Assembly: GCA_017540905.1 (NCBI GenBank) | Contig: JAFYAC010000097.1 | Location: forward strand, 8,383-72,382 | From: Kiritimatiellia bacterium | GTDB lineage: Bacteria; Verrucomicrobiota; Kiritimatiellia; CAIQIC01; Lenti-01 | Reading direction: 5' to 3' | DNA: 64,000 nucleotides | Part shown: piece by piece, positions 34,648-43,600 of the stretch | How the letters are laid out: every line of letters starts with the position of its first letter | Numbering within the stretch: the stretch's first letter is position 1 | Program-made: the position numbers and the translations under genes | Notes under the pieces: model-generated | The model's input: the letters and a program-made list of their open reading frames with translations, nothing else | Databases searched by the model: none | Told to the model about the DNA's origin: nothing

Positions 34648-35811
34648 ATGATCACCCGCACAATCACCCCCTTCGTCCGCAAGCTCGCCGGATTCTATCC
34701 CGTCGTCACCATCCTCGGCCCCCGCCAGAGCGGCAAGACCACCCTTGCCAAAGCCCTCTTCCCATCCCACGAGTACCGCAGTCTCGAGGCCGAAGACATC
34801 CTCCTGGCCGCCCGCGACGACCCCCGCGGCTTTCTGGCCAACGGAACAAAGCCGCTGGTCATCGACGAAGTCCAGCGTTTTCCCTCCCTCCTCACCTACA
34901 TCCAGGAAATGGCGGACGCCCGCGGCGAAAAGGGCCAGTTCATCCTGACCGGCTCCCAGCAACCCGACCTTGCCGCCGCCATCGGCGAATCCCTCGCGGG
35001 CCGCACCGGCATCTGCGAGCTCCTGCCCCTGTCCCTCGACGAACTCGCCTCGGCCGGCCCCGCCGCAGCCACCGCGGACCGCGACACCCTCCTCTGGCGC
35101 GGCTTCATGCCCCGCCTCTGGGCCGACGCCTCCCCCATCGACCCGCCCACCTTCTACCGCGACTACTTCCAGACCTACGTCCAGCGCGATGTCCGCCGCC
35201 TCGTGAACATCCAGGACCTCGATACCTTCGGCGTCTTCGTCCGCCTCCTTGCCGGACGCGCCGGACAGCTCCTCAACCGCGACTCCCTAGCCCGCGACGC
35301 CGGCATATCCATCCCCACCGCCGTCAAATGGCTCAACGCCCTCGAAGCCTCCTTCCTCGTCTTCCGCCTCCGCCCCTGGCACGGCAACATCGGCAGCCGC
35401 CAGATCAAGTCCCCGAAAATCTACTTCACCGAGACCGGCCTTGCCGCCTGGCTCGTCGGCATACGCGATGCCACCCAGATAGCCGCCCATCCGCTCGTCG
35501 GCCAGCTGTTCGAGAACCTGGTCGTCGCCGAAGCCCGCAAATCCCGCCTCAACCGCGGACTCGACCCCGACATGTGGTTCTACCGCAACGCCAAAGCCAC
35601 CGTCGAAGTGGACCTGCTCCTCGAGGCCGACGGTAAACTCCATCCCCGCGAAATCAAAGCCGCATCGACCTACACCGGCAACTTCCGCAAAGGCCTCAAG
35701 AAATTCGCCGAAGCCGTCCCCGCCTCCGCCCCCCCGAAAATCATCTATTCCGGCCGTACCCTTGGCGACCTCGCCATCAACTTCCGCGAAACCACCGCCT
35801 GGTGCCCCTGA
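34648..35811 (+). CDS. AAA-family ATPase with a C-terminal DUF4143 domain
   Basis: 387 aa. Walker A is LGPRQSGKTTL, Walker B is LVIDEVQ, followed by the DUF4143-type C-terminal half. Only the last third of track ORF 32617..35811 is real. Confidence 0.85.
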   Translation: MITRTITPFVRKLAGFYPVVTILGPRQSGKTTLAKALFPSHEYRSLEAEDILLAARDDPRGFLANGTKPLVIDEVQRFPSLLTYIQEMADARGEKGQFILTGSQQPDLAAAIGESLAGRTGICELLPLSLDELASAGPAAATADRDTLLWRGFMPRLWADASPIDPPTFYRDYFQTYVQRDVRRLVNIQDLDTFGVFVRLLAGRAGQLLNRDSLARDAGISIPTAVKWLNALEASFLVFRLRPWHGNIGSRQIKSPKIYFTETGLAAWLVGIRDATQIAAHPLVGQLFENLVVAEARKSRLNRGLDPDMWFYRNAKATVEVDLLLEADGKLHPREIKAASTYTGNFRKGLKKFAEAVPASAPPKIIYSGRTLGDLAINFRETTAWCP

Positions 35812-35963
35812 CCCCCTGTCGGAGCGCGGGCGGCCCGCCCGCTTTCTCCCCGTGGCATCCAGCCTGAAGGCCAATGGCTCAAGCCTCTTGACACCAGGAA
35901 ACCCCCTCTGGCACACTTTCGGCATCAACCCACAAAAGTCGAGATTTGAGGATTGAAAACAAA

Positions 35964-36506
35964 ATGCTGGCGACAACGGCAGAATGCTTGGCAAAGTACG
36001 GCAGTTTCTATCGGATGGCCCAGGCCATCCGAAGGGGTGAACTGCACAAACTCGCCCACGGGGTCTATTCGGACGGCAAACGCCCCAGGGATGTCGAACT
36101 GCTGCTCAAGAAATACCCTTCGGCCGTGGTCACGATGCTCAGCGCCTACTACTACCATGGGCTCACGGACCACGTGCCCGACAAGATCCACCTTGCGGTC
36201 GAGCGGGACGGGACGAAGATAAGGGACGCCAACGTGGTGGAGTATTTCGTCCCCAAGGGGACGGGCCGCATTGGCGTGGCCCATGCGGAACTCCACGGCA
36301 TGGCGCTTCGCATCTTCGACAAGGAGAGGCTGCTGATCGAAACCGTCAGGATGCGGACCAAGATGCCCCTTGACCTGTATCATGAAGTGATTGGCAGCTA
36401 CCGCAAGGTGGTCGGTTCGCTCTATCCTGCAAAGATGGAGGACTACCTTGACGCGTTCCCGAAGCGGGATGTCCTTTTCGATGTCATCAAGAAAGAGGTC
36501 CTGTAG
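35964..36506 (+). CDS. AbiEi-family antitoxin-like protein (type IV TA antitoxin domain)
   Basis: About 180 aa. The N-terminal wHTH-like segment RGELHKLAHGVYS and the YYHGLTD segment match my recollection of the AbiEi_4 family. An alternative TTG start is at 35946. Confidence 0.7.
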   Translation: MLATTAECLAKYGSFYRMAQAIRRGELHKLAHGVYSDGKRPRDVELLLKKYPSAVVTMLSAYYYHGLTDHVPDKIHLAVERDGTKIRDANVVEYFVPKGTGRIGVAHAELHGMALRIFDKERLLIETVRMRTKMPLDLYHEVIGSYRKVVGSLYPAKMEDYLDAFPKRDVLFDVIKKEVL

Positions 36507-36646
36507 GAAAGCGGGAGGGGAGCAAGAGGAAAACTCACGCGGAAACGCGGAGAGGCGGAGACGCAGAGGGGAAACCGTCAGACAATTCCGACAATTCCCA
36601 ACATTTTTTTGAGGAGACAACTCAAACAACTCGGGACAACTCTTTC

Positions 36647-38221
36647 GTCGATTATGCAAAAGCCCGCTTGTCCGCGCGGGGCATCAAGAGGGGGTGGACG
36701 GTGGGGGGGGAGGAGTTCAGATGGCGGGCAGGAACACGGACAAGCGAGGGGGGAACAGCCAGGCAACAAGGGACAAAAAGAGGCGTTTGAGCCCCTTCAG
36801 AAGCTTGCGGAGGTTGTAGCCCATGGCCGTCAGCAGGGCGTGGAGGGCATCGCCCGCCGCCCCGGCCAGCCGGCAACGGCCTTCGCGGCTGTGGTCCTCG
36901 CGGACGTGGCCGATGACCGGCTCGATGGCGTTGCGGCGCTTCCACCAGTGCAACAGGTTCCGGTTGCGGGTCTTCCGGAAGCGGTTCACGACCTGGATGT
37001 CGCACGGTCCTTCGTAGCCGCTCTTGCGGTAGCCGAGATCGACGCACGCTTGGCGGGGGACCACGCCGCCGATCCGTTCCGCCTGTTCCAGCGCCGGCTG
37101 CAGGGTGTGGCCGTCGTAGGGGTTGCCCGGAAAGGTCTTCGCACCGAGGATCCAGCAGCCGCGGGCGCTCGTCACCAGTCCCGCCTTGACCCCGAACTCG
37201 TAGCGTTTGTGCGACTTGCCCTTGGCGATGCATTCCGTCTTGGGTTCGTGCAGCGAGTAGAGGCGTTCGCGCCCCGGGGTGGTGGCATCCTGCTCCAGCA
37301 GGCGCTTTGCCAGGGCGATGTCCTCCTGCACGCGCATCCACGTGGCCGTCTCCCACGGGGTCTTGGGAATGAAGTTGCTCGCCTCCAGCTCCGCGACCAC
37401 CTTCCGCAGGTAGCCCTTCAGGGTGGCCACGCCCCGCCGGAGGCGCTTGAATTGCCGCGCCTTGGCGTACCCGGAGCATTTCCGGCACATCTGCTTGCCC
37501 TTCCGGCGCCAGTTGCGTTTGAGCCGGATGTGCAAGCGCCCGGCGTCCTTGACGAGGCGTTCGCGGGCGCGGTCGAGCAGTCCCGCGTCGGTGGGATGCC
37601 GGACGTACTTCTCCTGGACGTGCGTGTCGACGTTGACCCGCTCGAAGTCCGTGCTCTTGGCGAGCTTGTTGCGTCGGGCGCACCGGAGCGTCTCGCGGAG
37701 CATTTCCTCGGCGCCGCTTTCGCCGAGTTTGGCGCGCCAGCGGCTGAGGGTGGGCTGGGTGGTGGGCGGACGGTGTTCGAAGAAGATTTCCCCGCAGAAG
37801 TACTGCCAATACGGGTTTTCGACCCAGCCGTCGAGGACTTCCTGGTCGCTCAAGCCGAACATGTAGCGGAGCATGGTCAGGCCGGTGAGCATCCGTACCG
37901 GGCACGAGGGGCGGCCATTGTCGGCAGAGTAGGAGCCTTTGAGGGCCTTCTCGAACTGGCCCCAGTCGATGGCGTCGGCGAGCCGGACGAGTTCGTGCTG
38001 GTGGTCGACCAGGTCGGTGAGCATGATTTTTCCGAACAGGGTCTGGACAGGCTGGCCGGCGGTGCTTTTGGTCATCATTTTTCAGGGGTCTCCGGGGAAT
38101 TTGCGTGGTTTTGTTGGAGGAATCCTATCAAAACCGCGCCCGGAAACGCAAGAGTAAATAATGTATATTTTATTGCACAACAATTGGTTGAGACGAATTA
38201 ATTAAGCAGTGTATGATCGAC
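36647..38221 (-). mobile_element. IS5-family insertion sequence, 1575 bp
   Basis: Termini are GTCGAT...ATCGAC (about 10 of 12 terminal bases inverted-repeat). It is flanked by the direct repeat TCTTTC (36641-36646 and 38222-38227). Removing the element plus one TCTTTC restores the repeat seen intact at 468-510. Confidence 0.85.
36717..38078 (-). CDS. IS5-family DDE transposase
   Basis: 453 aa. It has the N-terminal InsH-type domain (GRPSCPVRMLTGLTMLRYMFGLSDQ) and a DDE_Tnp_1 C-terminus (YDGH...NAIEPVIGHVRE). Confidence 0.9.
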   Translation of the reverse strand: MMTKSTAGQPVQTLFGKIMLTDLVDHQHELVRLADAIDWGQFEKALKGSYSADNGRPSCPVRMLTGLTMLRYMFGLSDQEVLDGWVENPYWQYFCGEIFFEHRPPTTQPTLSRWRAKLGESGAEEMLRETLRCARRNKLAKSTDFERVNVDTHVQEKYVRHPTDAGLLDRARERLVKDAGRLHIRLKRNWRRKGKQMCRKCSGYAKARQFKRLRRGVATLKGYLRKVVAELEASNFIPKTPWETATWMRVQEDIALAKRLLEQDATTPGRERLYSLHEPKTECIAKGKSHKRYEFGVKAGLVTSARGCWILGAKTFPGNPYDGHTLQPALEQAERIGGVVPRQACVDLGYRKSGYEGPCDIQVVNRFRKTRNRNLLHWWKRRNAIEPVIGHVREDHSREGRCRLAGAAGDALHALLTAMGYNLRKLLKGLKRLFLSLVAWLFPPRLSVFLPAI

Positions 38222-38328
38222 TCTTTCAAGGTGCGCCGCCCAACCGGGCGGCGACTGGGAGTGCGGGCGGCCCGCCCGCTTGTCCTTCACCTCCCCGCCC
38301 GCAGGGCCCACCGCATCTCCTCACTCGG
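38222..38328. repeat. Right half of the IS-interrupted repeat plus a REP-like unit
   Basis: TCTTTCAAGGTGCGCCGCCCAACCGGGCGGCG continues the repeat broken at 36646. It is followed by GGGCGGCCCGCCC and CCCGCAGGGCCCACCGCATCTCCTCACTCGG. Confidence 0.7.
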
Positions 38329-38363
38329 CACTTCCGATGGTGCACACAATCCGCTAGCTCTTC

Positions 38364-38395
38364 GGCAAATCACAAGTTTCCAATGTCTTGGAAAC
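38364..38395 (-). terminator. Rho-independent terminator closing the island operon
   Basis: The minus strand reads GTTTCCAA-GACA-TTGGAAAC followed by TTGTGATTT, about 45 nt after the 38438 stop. Confidence 0.7.
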
Positions 38396-38437
38396 ATGCC
38401 CCCCAGTCCTCAACACAAAATCCCGTCCATTCACACA

Positions 38438-38776
38438 CTACGTGTCCAACTGGGCCAAATCAAAAACATCCATATGCTTTTCAACATATTGCAGACCAGC
38501 TTCAGTAATTTTGACAAGTGGAACCCCAGATTTATTCGTAGTCATTTCCCAAAACCACTGGCAATTCAGATAATCATCAGGATAGTGCACCAACAGTTCT
38601 GAGGTTGGAAGTGGAGCCACCTCCCCTATAGGCACTGTGCTTGTGCCTGGCCCTCCAGCTTTTCTCTGCATCGCAATCCGTGCTAATGCCTTCGCAGCTA
38701 TAGGTCTCATACCTAGTGTCTGTTCTCCCAACGCACGAAACGCCGTTTCAAATTCTTTCCAGGCCTGTGTTATCAT
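38438..38776 (-). CDS. Hypothetical 112-aa protein, last gene of the island operon
   Basis: AGGAGG lies 10 nt upstream of the ATG. It has the low-GC codon usage of its neighbours. I recognise no motif. Confidence 0.65.
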   Translation of the reverse strand: MITQAWKEFETAFRALGEQTLGMRPIAAKALARIAMQRKAGGPGTSTVPIGEVAPLPTSELLVHYPDDYLNCQWFWEMTTNKSGVPLVKITEAGLQYVEKHMDVFDLAQLDT

Positions 38777-38875
38777 AGTGCTTTTTCCTCCTAACAGTAT
38801 TCGAGCAATCTATTTTCAATTTCACATTGGCAAACGCATTACTGTTCGCCCAAGCTTCCAACGCTCCTGCTTCTC

Positions 38876-40615
38876 TCACTCCACGACATACAACTCCCAC
38901 TTTGCTCGGCTAAGGCCGACGTATTTCAGTTCGTCATCCACCTTCTTCTCGTCGATGCCGAACAAAAACACGATGTCGGCATCAAGGCCCTTGAAACCTT
39001 GAACCGTGGTTTTCAGAATCCCGGTCCCCTTCTCCCATGCGGGGATGCTCTCCCAAGCGTTGGGACCGCCAACAAAGCGGACTAGATGCCCTTGGCCATC
39101 CTTCCAATTCTGATAGGTCATTATCAGATCCCATTTGGAAGTCAAAAACACAATCTGATTCATGCCGGCATGTTCTAGCACTTCGGAGAGTTTTTGGCGG
39201 ACCTCCTGGGTTGTGATGCGCTGGACGGGCAATGGGCGGGTCTCCATCGTGGCTTCATTCCAATAGGGAACAATCGTCTGGTTGTCCTCGTACTCTTGCA
39301 TGACTCCGTGGATAGTGGCGGCGTTGCGATAATTGATGTCCAGCCTCAACTCGGCAACTTCTTGCCCCGGGAACAACGCCCGCTCGTCATAATTCCAGCC
39401 CCTCTTGTTCTCATAGGAAAAGATGGTTTGCTCTGCATCCGAGAACAACACGATCTTCCGCTGTTCCTGCAAGCATGAAAGCAGGATGGATAATTCCCGC
39501 TGCGATAAATCCTGCGCCTCATCCACAAGCAATACGTCAAACCGACCGTATTGGCTAGCCAGATTGGGGAGAATTTCCTCCAGATGGTCATCCCAGGCCA
39601 CGCGGTTGTTGTGGTAATAGGCATACTCGGATTCCCGCCCGAACTTGGTTTGAATGCGGTCGAAATTGGTGATGGCCAAATGATTCCGCCCCGGAAAAGT
39701 CCCAATCTTGCGGTCCAGTTTTTCGGCCAAAGCGCGGTTGAAGCACACATACAGGACATCTTTGCCCAGTTGTGCGTATCGTTTGGCCAAAGCGATTGCG
39801 ATGATGCTCTTGCCTGTCCCGGCCGCTCCCTTGACATGGCAACAGTCGTTGCACAACAAACGCTGAAACACAATCTGTTGCGGTTGCGTCAGCATCTGTT
39901 CGGAAATCTGATCCCATTTCAGGAACTGCATGTTGATTGCCGCAGGAGTCTCGAACCTGCTCAATTTTTGTACAACCTGGCTCCTGTAGTTTCCAGTGAA
40001 ATACACTGGATTGCTTGGAGAATACTTCAGTCTTTTCGTCAGAATATGCTCTTCTAGTTGTCGTGCAAACGCAATAGAGGTTTCCTTGTTCGCATAGGCG
40101 CCAAACAAGGAAAAAGCTGCCCCGCGTTCTGTATCGCGTGCCACAATCGGAGTGAGGGCAAAAAGAATCAAATAGGAGTAGCTGCCCCACCGCTCTCCAT
40201 CGGATATTTCCGACAACATGTATCTATTGATGTCTTTAGACGCACTGCTGGCCTTCCCGTAAATGTCAACAGCCTTGGCACCTCTTCCCTGAACCTCATT
40301 TTGAGCCCCCCCTTTTTGGGGATCGCCCAACCATATTTTTCCATCGTATTCGAAGTAATTCCCCCCTTTGGCATCTATGTTGATAATACCCACGTTTGGG
40401 ATGACCACCAAAAAATCAAGCTGGTGTTCCGGTAAGTTGACATCATCGAAATGGGCATCGTAAAACACATCCCAATCACTAGGCATGTAATCCCGAAAGA
40501 ATTTGTAGACGGCCTGTTCACCGGCCCATCCCGGCTTTTTGTCTGGTCCCTTGGAAGGAATCAGATTCTCCAATTCGATGTCGGTTGCGCAATAAGGATG
40601 CATTCTGCTGCTCAT
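38876..40615 (-). CDS. NERD-domain nuclease fused to an SF1 (UvrD/AAA_19-like) helicase
   Basis: 579 aa. The N-terminus GEQAVYKFF..(32 aa)..EHQLDFLVVIPNVGIINIDAKGG fits the NERD pattern. Helicase motifs are GAAGTGKS (Walker A), LLVDEAQDL, and C-terminal VGLSRAKWELYVV. The start codon overlaps the upstream stop (ATGA at 40612-40615). Confidence 0.85.
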   Translation of the reverse strand: MSSRMHPYCATDIELENLIPSKGPDKKPGWAGEQAVYKFFRDYMPSDWDVFYDAHFDDVNLPEHQLDFLVVIPNVGIINIDAKGGNYFEYDGKIWLGDPQKGGAQNEVQGRGAKAVDIYGKASSASKDINRYMLSEISDGERWGSYSYLILFALTPIVARDTERGAAFSLFGAYANKETSIAFARQLEEHILTKRLKYSPSNPVYFTGNYRSQVVQKLSRFETPAAINMQFLKWDQISEQMLTQPQQIVFQRLLCNDCCHVKGAAGTGKSIIAIALAKRYAQLGKDVLYVCFNRALAEKLDRKIGTFPGRNHLAITNFDRIQTKFGRESEYAYYHNNRVAWDDHLEEILPNLASQYGRFDVLLVDEAQDLSQRELSILLSCLQEQRKIVLFSDAEQTIFSYENKRGWNYDERALFPGQEVAELRLDINYRNAATIHGVMQEYEDNQTIVPYWNEATMETRPLPVQRITTQEVRQKLSEVLEHAGMNQIVFLTSKWDLIMTYQNWKDGQGHLVRFVGGPNAWESIPAWEKGTGILKTTVQGFKGLDADIVFLFGIDEKKVDDELKYVGLSRAKWELYVVE

Positions 40616-43600
40616 TTCCGTCTCCTGGCTTTTTCTTTTGCAACGACCTGTGAGCGAAGAGCACCATGCTTAGCCTCGCTCCAGCGGGCAATCTCTGTTC
40701 CATCGGCCAACCAATATCGGAAGCCCTCCACCGGCCTCCACCCTGGCTGGCTGGAATCGACAGGTTCTTTTTCGATTTCTTCATTCTGGAGCTCTTCCGC
40801 CTCCCGCAATGTGTTGATAACGGTTGTCGGTAAATGCCCGCCTCCGCCCAGCAACTTCTCCAATACCTTCAGGCCGTCAAACCGGTCGAGCTTCCCATGC
40901 TCTCTTTGGTTGTCGAAGGTTCGCAAGCACTCCCGGCATGAAGCCACATGTCTTTGGTCTGAGTTCACCTTTACTGTATCCACAGGTTCCCGAGAGGGAT
41001 TGACGCCCTCCTCTCCGCACCTGCATCCGCGCAACAATGCCAAGGCGGCATCGACAATCGCTCGGATGCGGGCAGACCATTGACGGCCATCCTCATCACG
41101 TACACTCGGCAGCAAATCCAGCACACACCCGCTTCCGCCCCCTGTGTCCGCGTCGAAAAACACGAACCAGAAACTTTCCTGCCCTTGGTTTTGATATGCT
41201 TGCAAGAGGCACCCCACATCCCGCTCGTTGACCTTCAAGGTCTTGGCAATCCCCCTCCTCAACGCATACATGGCGGACAAATGCGCGTTTGAAATGCGTT
41301 GCGGACTCCAATTGGGAAATTCAGCGGTCGATGCCCAGAATCCCGGAATCCAGATTGCAACGTTCGTCGGCGATTCATAGAGGTAGAACAATCCGCCAAA
41401 CCCGTGGAAGTCGCTCCCGGGGTTCACGTAATGGATGGCCCGTTCGGACGGCTCGCAAATGGAGAACCCCAGCCCCGGGACTGGATGGCGGCCCTCCTGA
41501 GGAATGTCCCCCGACCATGACACCAAACGCTGTCCGCGCGGTTCAAAGTCAGTGGGGGGATTGGTAGTGCTCGAATCGGCCAGGAACAGCTCGGGCCATG
41601 CAAATCCATGGGGTGTCAGTGCTCCTTGGCAGCACGGACAACGGCCACCACTGGGCTTCTGCAAGAACACTTTCTTGCACGTCCCGCAATATGGCAATGG
41701 TGTTCCCTGCGCATCCGCCGTTCTTGCCGCATCTCCGGGGCGGAACATGTAAACTTTCGCAGCGCGCGACCGGAACCGCAACTTGTTTGCGTACACGCTC
41801 TGCCCCGGCGCATACTCGAAAATGCCAAGGTGGGCTGGCCGGGCCAATTTGACTCCGTGGGCCTGCTGGTCATCCTTGTCGGGTTTCAGCTCCAGGGTAT
41901 CCACCGGGAATCCGTAGCGTGGCAGAACGCACGCTTCGCTGAGTGCGTCGATGGTTTGTACTTCAAGCAGTTTTCGCTGGGAAAGCGAGAGCGGCATACC
42001 GTCTCGAAGTTGTCCGTTCGTATCCGTTATGGGCTGGTTCACCGCATCGCTCCGGGTGCTGCCGTCAGCCAGCAGGTTGATTTTCCATTCCAGACGTTCT
42101 TTCAGGCAGTGCCAGCGTTTCCACTGGTTTTCTTGCAATTGGTTTTTTCCCACGACTTCGGGCATGTGGCATCCGCCTAGATCACGGCAAAATTCGTACC
42201 CTTCCCGGCCGTGCAAATGCGGGAATCCTTCCAACCCAATCACCTGGAAAACCACATCATCGACTGCGGAATAGCTTCCCCCCGTGATGTTCGCGAGAAA
42301 GTCCGCACTGTAACCACGCACTCCCGCGATGACGTATTCCACGATGTCCTTGCGCTCCGTCGCCCACCTCCCCAACCAATCACAGCATGTTGCGGAAATG
42401 CTCCGCGCAACAGCCTGTCCCTGCTCGTTCCTCCCCGCCTGCCAGCCAACCAAGAAATGCGACACCTTCTTCCATTTTCTTGCCGCCTCCTTTTCAGCTT
42501 GGTCATCCGAATTTCTCTTTTGCGCGATGAATTGTAGGAAGTCATGCAATGCCTCTGCACGGAAGTGCCGGGCCGCAAACTGTGGCCGCTCCAAATACAA
42601 CCGTGGTGGTTCGATCTCCCCGAAGAAGAGCATCTGGGGATTCTTGAAACACTCGCTGTCATAGAACGACTGGCTCCCGCACAACGTCAGGATGTATGGT
42701 TCCGCCCCTGGCCGGCGCCCCGCACGCCCTGCACGTTGCCGGTAGTTTGCCACTTGAGGAGGCATGTTTCCGAGAAACACGTTGTTCAGGCTTCCCACGT
42801 CGATTCCCATCTCGAATGTTGTCGAGCAGGACAGGATGTTGATCTGGCCTGATGAAAACTCCCGTTGGAATATCGCCCCCAACCTCGAATCAATCTGCGC
42901 GGTGTGCTCTTGGATCACGAAGGGTATCGTCCCCGAGAGTTGCACGCCCTGTTCTCCGATTTCAACTATCAGGTCTTCGCAAAGGGAGGAAGAATCCGCA
43001 CCTTGTTGTCCATCGGTTTGTCCAAAACGGAAAACATACCCGTCCCCAAGTTCTACAAGGATACCCGTTCCATCAGTGAAGAGGGAGAAAATGCTCTGCC
43101 GAAGGTTCCCCTCAGCCGTCTCGTGGTCGCCCAAGCCACAACTGTTCAGACATCTGTGCACCATCCCGCTGAGCCGGTGATTGGCTCGCGTATTTGTGGG
43201 GGCGATGTCGCTCCGCATCACCTTTTTCGGTTCGTAACGATAGAACCAGGATTGCAAGTCTCGGTCCTCGTCTTGTCTTACTTCTGCGCCAAAGAAAATC
43301 TTTCCCTTTTGTAAGAGGTAGCCATAAATCTCTTGCAGAAGGGATTTCATTGCCTCGTCGGGAACCCCGTCAAATGGAGGTTGGAACAAGTCATCGTAGT
43401 ACGTATTTTCTCTCGTCAGCTCATCAAGGATTTTCGACTTGATTCGAATACGTTTGCTCGGGAGCAGCCCGACACGACGGTTTCCTGCCAATAATGCCTT
43501 CAGCACAAGGAACTTCGCGGCAAGCAATTTGTCCAGCAACACGTGTTGGCTGGAACCAGTGCCTTGTCTATTCCGCGTCTGCCTCCCCGTATTGAAAGGT

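Noticed and set aside
28445-35830. Integrase or attR partner for the tRNA-Arg-adjacent block
   Set aside because: No tyrosine or serine recombinase-like ORF is present. The best downstream match to the tRNA 3' end that I saw (CCCTGTCGGAG near 35815) is only about 8 nt, which is not significant.
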